DNA of 64,000 bases, from NCBI GenBank assembly GCA_024402765.1, contig JAKSTC010000004.1:541-64540 (forward strand). The letters are read 5' to 3'. A model generated the notes under the pieces. The model was given only the letters and a program-made list of their open reading frames with translations, did not search any database and was not told the DNA's origin. The position numbers and the translations under genes were made by a program. The DNA is from Alphaproteobacteria bacterium. GTDB lineage: Bacteria; Pseudomonadota; Alphaproteobacteria; Rs-D84. Below, piece after piece: positions 37,670 to 46,806 of this stretch. Within the stretch, counting starts at the first letter, position 1. Each line of letters starts with the position of its first letter.

Positions 37670-37942
37670 ATGTCCGTAACAAAAGAAAAAAAAGCAGAAT
37701 TGATTCAGGCGTATAAAACAACTGAACATGACAATGGGGGCAGTGCTGCTTCCCAGGTTGCTGTATTAACAGAACGCATTCGTAACCTGACAGAACACAT
37801 GAAGGCTAATCACAAGGATCAGCATTCAAAACGTGGTTTGTTGTTGATGGTTAACCGCCGCAAGAAATTGTTGGCATACATCAAAAAGAACAATGTGTCT
37901 GAATACGAAGAACTGATTAAAAAATTAGGTATTCGTAAATAA
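37670..37942 (+). CDS. rpsO: 30S ribosomal protein S15
   Basis: [15 protein letters not shown]...[20 protein letters not shown]. Confidence 0.97.
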   Translation: MSVTKEKKAELIQAYKTTEHDNGGSAASQVAVLTERIRNLTEHMKANHKDQHSKRGLLLMVNRRKKLLAYIKKNNVSEYEELIKKLGIRK

Positions 37943-37945
37943 TAT

Positions 37946-37968
37946 AACACCCGTTCGGGTGTTTTTTT
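37946..37968 (+). terminator. Terminator after rpsO
   Basis: aacaccc-gttc-gggtgtt followed by T tract. Confidence 0.8.
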
Positions 37969-37993
37969 GTTTTACAAAATTTATGCAAATAAA

Positions 37994-38180
37994 TTTTGTC
38001 ATTCCGGCGTTTTTTGTCATTCCGATGAATATCGGAACCGGAACAGGGTCTATGAAATTTTGTCGCGGCGCTCGTTGTTATTACGAATACCGCAACACAG
38101 GTCTTAAAGTCCCTATTGCGGACCAAGTCCGCAATGACAAAAGAGAGTAATAGCAAAAGAACAGGCAATGACAAAAGAGA
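37994..38180. repeat. GTCATT...AATGAC-type REP/RPE-like palindromic repeat cluster
   Basis: ttttgtcattccg twice (37994, 38012); attgcggac-caa-gtccgcaat-gacaaaa (38115-38142); gcaatgacaaaagaga twice (38131, 38165). Confidence 0.7.
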
Positions 38181-38221
38181 CTAAGTGCGAACAAATGAAC
38201 AATCACAAAGGGGAACAACAA

Positions 38222-39016
38222 TTATTGCCTCTCATACACATCGGCACAATATTTTTTACCGTCCAACATTGTGCATAAACCATGTTCGGTTCGCCGCCCC
38301 ACCGGCATAAAGACAATATAATCGTCAACATGTAAAACATGGCCACATTCATCAACACTGGTTGCACCCGCAGGTGACATTGTTCGATTCGGACAAGGGG
38401 TGCAGGCGACATTCCCCACAAAGTCTTTATAAGTATTTGGCGGACATAGTGTGCACTTTCCTAATACTGATGGCAATTCAACATACTGTTTATATGGGAT
38501 GTATTGCGTAAGCGGAACATTCCCTTCGACAATAACAATATTACCAAATTCAAATCCGCCAACAACAGATGCGTCGTCTGAAAAGATTTCCATTCCAATG
38601 GTATATATTCCAGGGGGTAGAATCATATCAAATTTGGCACCAATGTCCTTTGAGAACCCATTGCGTTTTATTTTTATGCTATCATATGTTATATCAGATG
38701 GAACTTCAAAAACTGCTGTTTTCCATCCTTTTGGCCTTGATGGTATTGGTGTTATAGTTCCGTTAATAAAAACACTTTTGCGAAAAAACTGAATATACAT
38801 CGATTGTGCGTCACCACTGCTGTCGACAACCGTATTTTTAAAATTATGACCATCTTTTGTAGTATCTCCTGTGGATATCCAAGTATCTTCATTTAATAAA
38901 TTTGTTACTTCTATAAATCTTGAATCTAATACGCCATATCCCATCGGACATTGATCATCGGCAATGGCGGGGGCGGTCAGCCCAAACAATAAAATAACCG
39001 ATAAAAATTTCCGCAT
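38222..39016 (-). CDS. Secreted Cys-rich protein with an ephrin-receptor-like (GCC2/GCC3) Cys repeat
   Basis: Signal peptide (APAIA); CTLCPPNTYKDFVGNVACTPCPNRTMSPAGATSVDEC; GGGAG RBS. Confidence 0.85.
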   Translation of the reverse strand: MRKFLSVILLFGLTAPAIADDQCPMGYGVLDSRFIEVTNLLNEDTWISTGDTTKDGHNFKNTVVDSSGDAQSMYIQFFRKSVFINGTITPIPSRPKGWKTAVFEVPSDITYDSIKIKRNGFSKDIGAKFDMILPPGIYTIGMEIFSDDASVVGGFEFGNIVIVEGNVPLTQYIPYKQYVELPSVLGKCTLCPPNTYKDFVGNVACTPCPNRTMSPAGATSVDECGHVLHVDDYIVFMPVGRRTEHGLCTMLDGKKYCADVYERQ

Positions 39017-39289
39017 AAACTCCCCCAGTTTTATCTTGGTGGTGGCGCATAAATGCGTGGTAAATACGCCACCAAAAAAACCACCGAAAATAAATTCAAG
39101 TGGTCAGGAGGTTCATAACAATCAACAGAATTGTGTTGCTTATTTTGATATATCGCAACCCTCCTGAACCAAATATCAGGAGATTTATCGTCAGACACAA
39201 AAAAAGACGCAATGCGCCTCAATTTATTTTCATACTCTCTGACGCGTTTGATCGGGTTATGACACCCCGTCACGGGAACACCCCATGAC
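39017..39289 (-). ncRNA. Structured cis-leader RNA, copy B (C4/CI antisense-like)
   Basis: Same architecture as 32978-33220 with compensatory substitutions, plus an extra terminator-like hairpin gaggcgc-att-gcgtctt-T tract. Confidence 0.75.
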
Positions 39290-39334
39290 AAAATGTATGT
39301 TATAAGAAAATAATTTTATAGTAAAGAAAAATTT

Positions 39335-40060
39335 TTATAATAATGTGCCGTTGCTTGCGTCAAATTTTTGCTTGCCAACGACAATCTGTTTGTTTTCGTA
39401 TTTTGGGGCGGCGTTTTCTACAACGGGCGCATGCCAATATATTGCACCATCGCTGGTTCTGACCGCATACAGATTATTATCATTACCGACAATATATGCG
39501 ACATTTTTCAAAACGATAAATTCATGCATAGAACCAATTTCAACACACCATTTTTTTGTGCCGTCTGACGCCTTTACCTTGCAAAATGCGTTACCCAAAC
39601 CCGCACAATAAACATAGTCAGAATCAACAATAATCGGTGCGATAATATCAACAATCGATGCACCACCCATCATATTGTTTTGTTTGTAAATATCTGCGAC
39701 CCAGACCATTTTATTTGTCTTTTGCGATATTTTTACCAGTTCGCCCGTTGTTAAACCAACATAAACATCGTCGCCACTGCATACGGGTTTTTGGTCACTT
39801 TTAACCGAATTTGGTGTTGGAAATCCCATAAACACCCTTGTTCCATTGTGGAAAACAGTATTTGTCGCATTTTGTGTATATGGGCAATCGGATGCTTTAC
39901 GCACAGGTGCATTTTCAGGTAGCTCAGACACATTTGTATTAATATATTTCAAATTATCCTGGGCGAAAATTGCGGAACGAACCCCAGGTAAAATCGGATC
40001 ATGCTTACTGCACGCAACCAAACCGATTAAACATAGGGGGATTAAAGCAATTTTTCGCAT
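39335..40060 (-). CDS. PQQ-type beta-propeller lipoprotein, short BamB-like
   Basis: Lipobox LVAC; LPGVRSAI; PQQ repeats (LYAVRTSDGAIYW); follows a YfgM-like gene. Confidence 0.75.
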   Translation of the reverse strand: MRKIALIPLCLIGLVACSKHDPILPGVRSAIFAQDNLKYINTNVSELPENAPVRKASDCPYTQNATNTVFHNGTRVFMGFPTPNSVKSDQKPVCSGDDVYVGLTTGELVKISQKTNKMVWVADIYKQNNMMGGASIVDIIAPIIVDSDYVYCAGLGNAFCKVKASDGTKKWCVEIGSMHEFIVLKNVAYIVGNDNNLYAVRTSDGAIYWHAPVVENAAPKYENKQIVVGKQKFDASNGTLL

Positions 40061-40070
40061 ATCGTATTCC

Positions 40071-40721
40071 TTATTTTAACATTTGTGCATTTCCAGAAAT
40101 CACCCCAGGGCAATCTGGGTCAGATATAATTTTATCCAAGATTTTATTTGCCATATCACGATTACCGTCTGATAAATACTTTTGTGCAACCAGTAAGCGC
40201 GATGTGTAGTAAAATGGCGATGATTTAGAATCAAGGGGTGATAAATATTTTTCTAGGTCTATCGCGGTCATTTTATCACCGGTTAGCGTTGCAATATGCA
40301 TTTTTGCCAAATCACGAAAATCACGGGTTGAACCATTGTCAGCCAATTCTTGCAATTTATTAATATCTTTGCTTAACAAATACGATTGGAACAGTGCCAA
40401 ATCAGACATTGCACCACTTGAATTTTCTGCAATACCCGCCAATGCATTTGCATCAACATTTTCAAGTGCCGTTTCATAATTCGTGGCGAGTGCGATTTGA
40501 TTAGCACGATGTGTGCGAACACCAATCTGGATACCTGTTATAATAATCAACAAAGCCAATGCGCCACCGATTAATTGACGTGAATATTTTTTCAAAAATT
40601 CAATGGTTTTGTCGTTGTTGACTTCTTCCCAAACCTCACGATATAGTGCGTCTTCGGCATATTCTTCACGTGTTTTGTTTTTTGGTTTAATGTTTTTATT
40701 TCTTTCCAAGATACTTGCCAT
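40071..40721 (-). CDS. YfgM/DUF2659-like membrane TPR protein
   Basis: DALYREVWEEV..D, TM helix, helical C-terminus. Confidence 0.75.
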   Translation of the reverse strand: MASILERNKNIKPKNKTREEYAEDALYREVWEEVNNDKTIEFLKKYSRQLIGGALALLIIITGIQIGVRTHRANQIALATNYETALENVDANALAGIAENSSGAMSDLALFQSYLLSKDINKLQELADNGSTRDFRDLAKMHIATLTGDKMTAIDLEKYLSPLDSKSSPFYYTSRLLVAQKYLSDGNRDMANKILDKIISDPDCPGVISGNAQMLK

Positions 40722-40775
40722 GATAAAAATCTCCTGTCTTGATAAATTATATTTTCTTGATATACTATAAAAGTT

Positions 40776-41684
40776 ATGAAAAAAGAAATCAAGAATACTT
40801 TACCGGTTTCGCAAAATGTCGGCATTGTCGCTGCACGTGGGGCGAATGACGATTCTGGATTGGCACAGTATATCCAGGATATTCAAAAGTTTCCTATACT
40901 TACCGCAGAGGAAGAATATGAATTTGCATCCCAATGGATAAAAAACAAGGATTCGAGCGCGGCTGAAAAACTGGTGGGCAGCCATCTGCGCCTGGTGGTG
41001 TCGGTCGCATACGATTTCAAGAATTATGGCGTGCCGGTTGGCGAATTGATTGCCAGTGGTAATATGGGCTTGATGCAGGCGTTACAAAAATTTGACCCTG
41101 AACGCGGTTTTCGTTTTTCAACATATGCTATGTTTTGGATCAAGGCAGAGATTTATGAGACCATTTTAAACAATTGGTCGCTGGTTAAAATTGGAACTTC
41201 TGCTAATCAAAAGCGTATTTTCTTTAATCTGGCGCGTGCAAAACGTGCGCTGGGTATTATGGACAATAACCTGACCGATGATCAGACAAAACAAATTGCA
41301 GAATATCTTGATGTGCCAGAGGCAGATGTTAAAAATATGTCAACGCGAATTAGTGCGCGCGATGTATCGCTTAATGCGCCGGTTGGAAATGATTCTGACG
41401 CAACTGATATATTGTCCAATATGTCTGATGATAGACAATCTATCGAGGAAGGCATAGAACAGTTAGAGTTTAAGCGCAAGGGTTATGAATTATTAAAAAA
41501 GCACCTTGCGGATTTGCCTGAACGCGATAGGGAAATTTTGCGTGCGCGCAGGTTGACTGAACCGGTTGCGACACTTGAATCATTATCAAAAAAATATAAT
41601 ATTTCGCGTGAACGTGTGCGCCAGATAGAAGAACGCGCATTTAACAAACTGCGTGATGCGATATTAAAAGAAACCCAAGGGTAA
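40776..41684 (+). CDS. rpoH: RNA polymerase sigma factor RpoH (sigma32)
   Basis: SHLRLVV, KFDPERGFRFSTYAMFWI, RpoH box QKRIFFNL, SRERVRQIE. Confidence 0.93.
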   Translation: MKKEIKNTLPVSQNVGIVAARGANDDSGLAQYIQDIQKFPILTAEEEYEFASQWIKNKDSSAAEKLVGSHLRLVVSVAYDFKNYGVPVGELIASGNMGLMQALQKFDPERGFRFSTYAMFWIKAEIYETILNNWSLVKIGTSANQKRIFFNLARAKRALGIMDNNLTDDQTKQIAEYLDVPEADVKNMSTRISARDVSLNAPVGNDSDATDILSNMSDDRQSIEEGIEQLEFKRKGYELLKKHLADLPERDREILRARRLTEPVATLESLSKKYNISRERVRQIEERAFNKLRDAILKETQG

Positions 41685-41687
41685 TAT

Positions 41688-42719
41688 ATGAAATACAGTA
41701 TTTTTGGTTATGTTTTAGTTCTTGCTTTGTTTGCGAATTCTGCAAATGCGTATCAGTATAAGGGCGATAATTTTCGTTTTAAATTGGATGCGTCTGGACA
41801 GGTTGGTATGTTTCAAGCAAACCCATTTAAAGAAAAATCGCTGTTTCTGGGTGATTGGGATGCGCGTGCTGAATTTGACTATAATTTAAATGACAAACAT
41901 ACCATCGGTGCGGTTTACGCGATTGACGCAATTGCTGTTGATGAAAAACAATGGAACCATGAATTGTTTGCTTTGTGGCAAATAAAAGGTGTGGGACGGA
42001 CAGAGTTGGGAATCACGCCGTCTGTTGCGCGTAAGTTGGGGATTGGCCTACCGGATGTTGGTGGTCTGCGCATTAACGAAGAACCATTGTTTTATAAAAA
42101 AATTGCCCCGCGCGGTCCCATTATTTCAGAATCGATTTTATCCACTGGTCATAATCATGATGCGTTGCGTTTGAATTGGGTTGGAACATCCATAGAAAAT
42201 GTTCAATATGGTCTGTCGATTGCAGGTCTGTCGGATGATTTTAAGTATAGTGTTGATGGTGCTGTAAAATTTAAGAATTCTGATGGTAAATTAAAAACAG
42301 CAATTTCATTGGCGGCATCTTTTATGGATAAACCAGATGGACTAGAGGCGTCTATTTATACACCCGATGTATTTGCAGATTGGCGCGCCCAGGCATCCAT
42401 TGGATTAAATTTACAGTATAACAGTTTGGTTTGGGGAACATCTGTTCGTGGTATTTATGATAGAAACCCGATTGGTGATGTGTCGGATGGTTTATCTGTT
42501 GGAACGGGTGTAAGTTATGATTTTATGCGGTTTAGTGTATCTGTGTCTTATTTGTTATCAGATACAGGTATTTGGCATAGTGACGTAGAAAAATATGTGG
42601 ATAATACTGTTCTGGGGTCTATGCGTTATAAATATAGCGAATACATGGATATATGGTTGTCTATTGGAACAACATCTAAAACACCATTTATATCTGGTGC
42701 ATTAAGAATAAGTTTTTAA
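41688..42719 (+). CDS. Outer-membrane porin-like beta-barrel
   Basis: Signal peptide (ANA), alternating beta strands, C-terminal Phe (LRISF). Confidence 0.75.
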   Translation: MKYSIFGYVLVLALFANSANAYQYKGDNFRFKLDASGQVGMFQANPFKEKSLFLGDWDARAEFDYNLNDKHTIGAVYAIDAIAVDEKQWNHELFALWQIKGVGRTELGITPSVARKLGIGLPDVGGLRINEEPLFYKKIAPRGPIISESILSTGHNHDALRLNWVGTSIENVQYGLSIAGLSDDFKYSVDGAVKFKNSDGKLKTAISLAASFMDKPDGLEASIYTPDVFADWRAQASIGLNLQYNSLVWGTSVRGIYDRNPIGDVSDGLSVGTGVSYDFMRFSVSVSYLLSDTGIWHSDVEKYVDNTVLGSMRYKYSEYMDIWLSIGTTSKTPFISGALRISF

Positions 42720-43765
42720 TCGTTTGAATTTACATGCTTACGCAACCAGGCATAATGGCGCATAAATTCTGTGCCCGGTCCCGCGGGATATCCCATATGT
42801 TTGGCACCATCTGGAACGTTGCGGAAAACACCACTATTGGCACCAACCTCTGCATCGTCACCAATTTTAACACCGTTTGCAACACCAACATGACCCGCCA
42901 ATAATGCGCGATCACCAACAACCGTGCCACCAGCCAAACCAACGCCAGATGCCAAGAAACACTCTTTGCCAACAACAACACCATGTGCAATCTGGCATAG
43001 GTTATCGATTTTTGTGCCTTCACCAACAACGGTGTCTGTCATTGCACCGCGGTCAATACAAGAATTTGCACCCACAGAAACCCGATTGCCCAAAACAACG
43101 CGTCCGACATGTGGAATAAATACATTTTTACCATTTTGGCGTGTGTATCCAAAACCATCTTTGCCAATAACCGCATTTGGATAAATAACACAATTTGCAC
43201 CAATAGTTGCGTTTTCAATGTGTGCACCTGTTTGAACAATGGTGCCATTGCCAATTGTTACACCACGTCCAATATATGCGCCTGGATAAATTTTAACATT
43301 TGCCTCAATCACCGCACCGCGTTCAACGGTTGCAAATTGGCCGATATAAACTGTTTTTTTTGAACGAAAGAATACACCGCGTTCCACAATTGCATCCGGA
43401 CTGATACCGAAACGCGGTTTTTCACGATATATCTCACCCAATATTTTTACAATGTTTCCACGTGGTGATGGTGTTAATAACAATGTTCGACCATGTGGCG
43501 CATGTTCAACCTGTTCTGGTTGTAACAGTATAACGCTTGCTTTCGTGTTTTCTAAAACCTCAATCGGTAAAATCTTAAAAGCAGAACTGTTTTGTTCAGT
43601 GGAATAAAATGCGATTTGACCTGGCTTTGCCTCTGCAATTGGTGCAACACCGCAAATAATCGTTTTTGGGTCGCCACGCAGCTCAAGTCCGAATTTATTT
43701 GCCAATTCGCCCGCAGTAACTTTTGTTGCCTTGGGACCAAATAAAGATCGTATGAATTTTAGCAT
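42716..43765 (-). CDS. lpxD: UDP-3-O-(3-hydroxyacyl)glucosamine N-acyltransferase
   Basis: IGKDGFGY, GANSCIDRG, KIDNLCQIAHGV, GYPA. Confidence 0.93.
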   Translation of the reverse strand: MLKFIRSLFGPKATKVTAGELANKFGLELRGDPKTIICGVAPIAEAKPGQIAFYSTEQNSSAFKILPIEVLENTKASVILLQPEQVEHAPHGRTLLLTPSPRGNIVKILGEIYREKPRFGISPDAIVERGVFFRSKKTVYIGQFATVERGAVIEANVKIYPGAYIGRGVTIGNGTIVQTGAHIENATIGANCVIYPNAVIGKDGFGYTRQNGKNVFIPHVGRVVLGNRVSVGANSCIDRGAMTDTVVGEGTKIDNLCQIAHGVVVGKECFLASGVGLAGGTVVGDRALLAGHVGVANGVKIGDDAEVGANSGVFRNVPDGAKHMGYPAGPGTEFMRHYAWLRKHVNSND

Positions 43766-43780
43766 AGTTTTTTATGTTTG

Positions 43781-44119
43781 TTATTTTAAGTTTGCTATGA
43801 AATCAGGAAATCCTAAATCTTCTTCTTCGTTGGATTCAGTGCTTTCACCAGATTCAGCGACAGTTGGTGTTTCTGGACATTCCATTGCAATTTCTTCTGG
43901 GGTTGGAATCTTTTCTTTTGGATCACGTGAAGAATCTATCTTAGCCTGTTCTACGTTGACAATACGACCGTAATGTTCTGCGGTTTGCAGTAAGCGTTCA
44001 CGTTCAACCTCGTCACTGGTCTGACGCGCCTGGTCAATATATTGTTTTCTTTTTTGACGCCATTTATGACAGCGTTGAATCATCATGTTTACAGAAGTTT
44101 GTTGTTTTTTATTTACCAT
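43781..44119 (-). CDS. DUF4167-like protein
   Basis: QYIDQAR..SDEVERERLLQTAEHYGRI; acidic tail ending in FPDF. Confidence 0.7.
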   Translation of the reverse strand: MVNKKQQTSVNMMIQRCHKWRQKRKQYIDQARQTSDEVERERLLQTAEHYGRIVNVEQAKIDSSRDPKEKIPTPEEIAMECPETPTVAESGESTESNEEEDLGFPDFIANLK

Positions 44120-44258
44120 ATTTTTTTCTTTTTTTATCAGGAAATATTTTTGTTGTGCAATACAATATTAACTACCAACAACTAAATACTAAAGCATCTT
44201 AAAACCATTTGCAATATTTTTTTTCAATTGCTACCATTTATTACCGTAGGAGGATTTT

Positions 44259-45617
44259 TTGTATAAACAGAGTGGCAATTTTTTAGTTCAAGCTTTGTTG
44301 GCATTAACATTAATGTTCGCATTTATTCCGCTGGTCGTTGGGCGTATTGCGGTGCGTGACACAGATGCAAAAATGTATGCCACAACCACAAAAATAGAAA
44401 ATGCAGTAACCGCGGCGCGCATTTATATTCGTGAAAATGCAACAAATATACCGTATGAAGTAACTGTTTTGTCGGGTAAACAATTCACAGATACATTGGA
44501 ACCATACGGGTTACCATTGGGCTTTGTGCCAAAAACAGCATTTAATCAAGATATTCGATTGATTATAGAAAAAACAACATCTGATGTATATGGAACACTG
44601 GAGATTTCTGCTGGTGATATGACAGAATTAAAACGCGCAGAATTGGTCCGCAGAATTGGTTTTTATGCATATGCTATGGGTGATAATGTTTATGTTGGTG
44701 TTGCGTTAAATGATATGTATTCTGATATTGTTAGGCGCAATGAAACAAGTTTGGAAAATTCCCGATTCTTAAGCGATTTGGATATGGGGGGGTTTTCTTT
44801 GTCGGGGGCGAATGCATTGGTCGCAGATACAACAGAATTAGGAACTGGCCAGTTTGATATTTTAAATATCCTGGGGACAGAATCAGATAGAAAATCAAAA
44901 AATTCTATTACAAATATGATTGCAAACCGTAGTGTGTTTAAAACACAAACGGGTGAAAGTGCACTTAGTGTAACGCGTGGAACGTTGGTTGCAAATAACC
45001 TGTCTTCGCGTAGTGTATCTATGTTTGGTATAACCAGTAATATAGAGGCACAATATGCCGCAGCATATGATTTTTCTTTGACGGCGGGTCATACTGGTTT
45101 TACTGGACCACTTGATTGGACAATTCATGGCAGTGTTATTTCAGACAGGGTGAATTTGGTTGTTGATACACTAGAAATCCAATCGTTCATCAATGCCGCA
45201 AGTGGTCAAGACGCGTTCATTGATGAAGAAGTGGGTGAGGTTGTGTTTAGTTCAACCAGTGGTATTTCAGCGGACTTTGTTTCTGCATCAAATATTACTT
45301 TGCGTGATCAAACGTCTGGCGGTTTATCTGGGGGCAAGGGTGGGGCGGTCGTTTTGGATATCAGACCAGCAGGTACAAGTATTTTGCCAGATGCAAATAT
45401 TGAATCAATTAACAATGATGATTTTGAAATTTTATCTAATCCATCTGGGGATGATTCTTCAACAACCAAGTGTAATAGTATTATCAACAGTTTGGGATAT
45501 AGTTATAATAAAAATTCTTTGGCACAACAGATAATTTGTCAGTATGTCTTTTGGCACAGGCTGGAACGCAGAATAAATGAAAAGCAATGTTTAATGGTGG
45601 GGGGAAATGGTTGCTAA
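44259..45617 (+). CDS. Large prepilin-like protein 1 (PilV/shufflon-N-like)
   Basis: KQSG|NFLVQALLAL class III signal; FLSDLDMGGFSL; AGGAGG RBS with TTG start. Confidence 0.7.
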   Translation: MYKQSGNFLVQALLALTLMFAFIPLVVGRIAVRDTDAKMYATTTKIENAVTAARIYIRENATNIPYEVTVLSGKQFTDTLEPYGLPLGFVPKTAFNQDIRLIIEKTTSDVYGTLEISAGDMTELKRAELVRRIGFYAYAMGDNVYVGVALNDMYSDIVRRNETSLENSRFLSDLDMGGFSLSGANALVADTTELGTGQFDILNILGTESDRKSKNSITNMIANRSVFKTQTGESALSVTRGTLVANNLSSRSVSMFGITSNIEAQYAAAYDFSLTAGHTGFTGPLDWTIHGSVISDRVNLVVDTLEIQSFINAASGQDAFIDEEVGEVVFSSTSGISADFVSASNITLRDQTSGGLSGGKGGAVVLDIRPAGTSILPDANIESINNDDFEILSNPSGDDSSTTKCNSIINSLGYSYNKNSLAQQIICQYVFWHRLERRINEKQCLMVGGNGC

Positions 45618-46806
45618 AACAATGAAAATTTTTGCTGATGATTCGCGCGGGGCGAGTGTGCTAGAAGTAATTCTGGCGATGGCTATTGTTGCAATGGCAA
45701 CGCCGTTTGTTTATTCACAAATATCAAGAACAAATCGCGAGTTACAGTCAATGGCATTGGCAAATAAAATTGTTTCTGTGCGTGATAATGTTTTGAATTT
45801 TGTTCGTGTAAACCAGGATGATTGGCCGCAAGAGGTTCAAATTCGTATGACGGACGAAGAGTTACAAACAATATCGCCAAATATTAATGTTGGGTTTATT
45901 GATAAATATGCTGTCAAAGGTGCGTCTGTTACAGATGTGTATTTGGCATTTGATGTGGCCAAAGATGAATTACAGGCGAATTCTATTGTTAAGCATATTG
46001 GGGATGATGCCGCTGTTGTTGTTGTTGACGGTGTTGCATATGGAAAAGATTGGGCTGTTGGCGCCCCAGATTTTATTCCTGGACAGATAATATATAAAAT
46101 ATCACGTGATATTACAGGTGAAGATAGAACAAAGTATTTACATCGTGGAACTGCTGGCGAAGATAATTTAAATATGATGTTGCGTGATTTGAATATGGGT
46201 AATAATCATATCATAGATATTGGTGTGATAAATGCAGAATCTGCTAAAATACGACAGGTGGACGCAACATTTATTAATACACCAGATTTGGTTGCCAGTG
46301 ATGTGTATTTTAACGCAGGTGCAAATTTAAATAGTGATAAGTCAATAATAAACGCCATGCGTGTAAGTGGTGATGTATCTGGGTTTAGAAATATATATGT
46401 AAATACTCTTAATAACAAAGGACATACAATTTCTGGTCGTATAATTGCGGACAAGGCAATGGTAGTTAATTCAATCGATGTTGCAAATGATATGGTGTTA
46501 AAGCCCAGTTCAGTACGCAGTATCAGTGGCTTTACCTTTGTAAGTACCGGCAGTGCGTATATCCCATATTTAACAACGCAAAACTTAACATTTATTGATA
46601 ATTTTGGATTAACAGTATCGGGGGAATTATTAATGTCTTCAACGGCACCAATTAAAATAGGTAATTGGAGTTTCCCATCTGTATCTGCACCGAAATTTGC
46701 AAAATTAAATATATCGCGTGCCAAGATATTAAATATTCCAAAAAAATCTGATTTTGCCCCACTGTTTGATAGTGGGTGGAGGACGATAAAAAATGAGCCA
46801 AAATAA
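45607..46806 (+). CDS. Large prepilin-like protein 2 (PilV/shufflon-N-like)
   Basis: SRG|ASVLEVILAMAI; YLHRG...LNMMLRDLNMGNNHI. Confidence 0.75.
   Translation: MVAKTMKIFADDSRGASVLEVILAMAIVAMATPFVYSQISRTNRELQSMALANKIVSVRDNVLNFVRVNQDDWPQEVQIRMTDEELQTISPNINVGFIDKYAVKGASVTDVYLAFDVAKDELQANSIVKHIGDDAAVVVVDGVAYGKDWAVGAPDFIPGQIIYKISRDITGEDRTKYLHRGTAGEDNLNMMLRDLNMGNNHIIDIGVINAESAKIRQVDATFINTPDLVASDVYFNAGANLNSDKSIINAMRVSGDVSGFRNIYVNTLNNKGHTISGRIIADKAMVVNSIDVANDMVLKPSSVRSISGFTFVSTGSAYIPYLTTQNLTFIDNFGLTVSGELLMSSTAPIKIGNWSFPSVSAPKFAKLNISRAKILNIPKKSDFAPLFDSGWRTIKNEPK

Noticed and set aside
37994-38180. CRISPR array
   Set aside because: Repeats are few, partly inverted and irregularly spaced, and there are no cas genes.
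33221-39016. Diversity-generating retroelement or retron acting on the Cys-rich genes
   Set aside because: No reverse transcriptase in the window, and no TR/VR pair differing only at adenines.
39031-39291. 86-aa ORF spanning leader B, and the short ORFs over leader A (32992-33306)
   Set aside because: The reading frame is not preserved between the two homologous leaders while base pairing is, and there is no clear RBS. Best explained as RNA structure.
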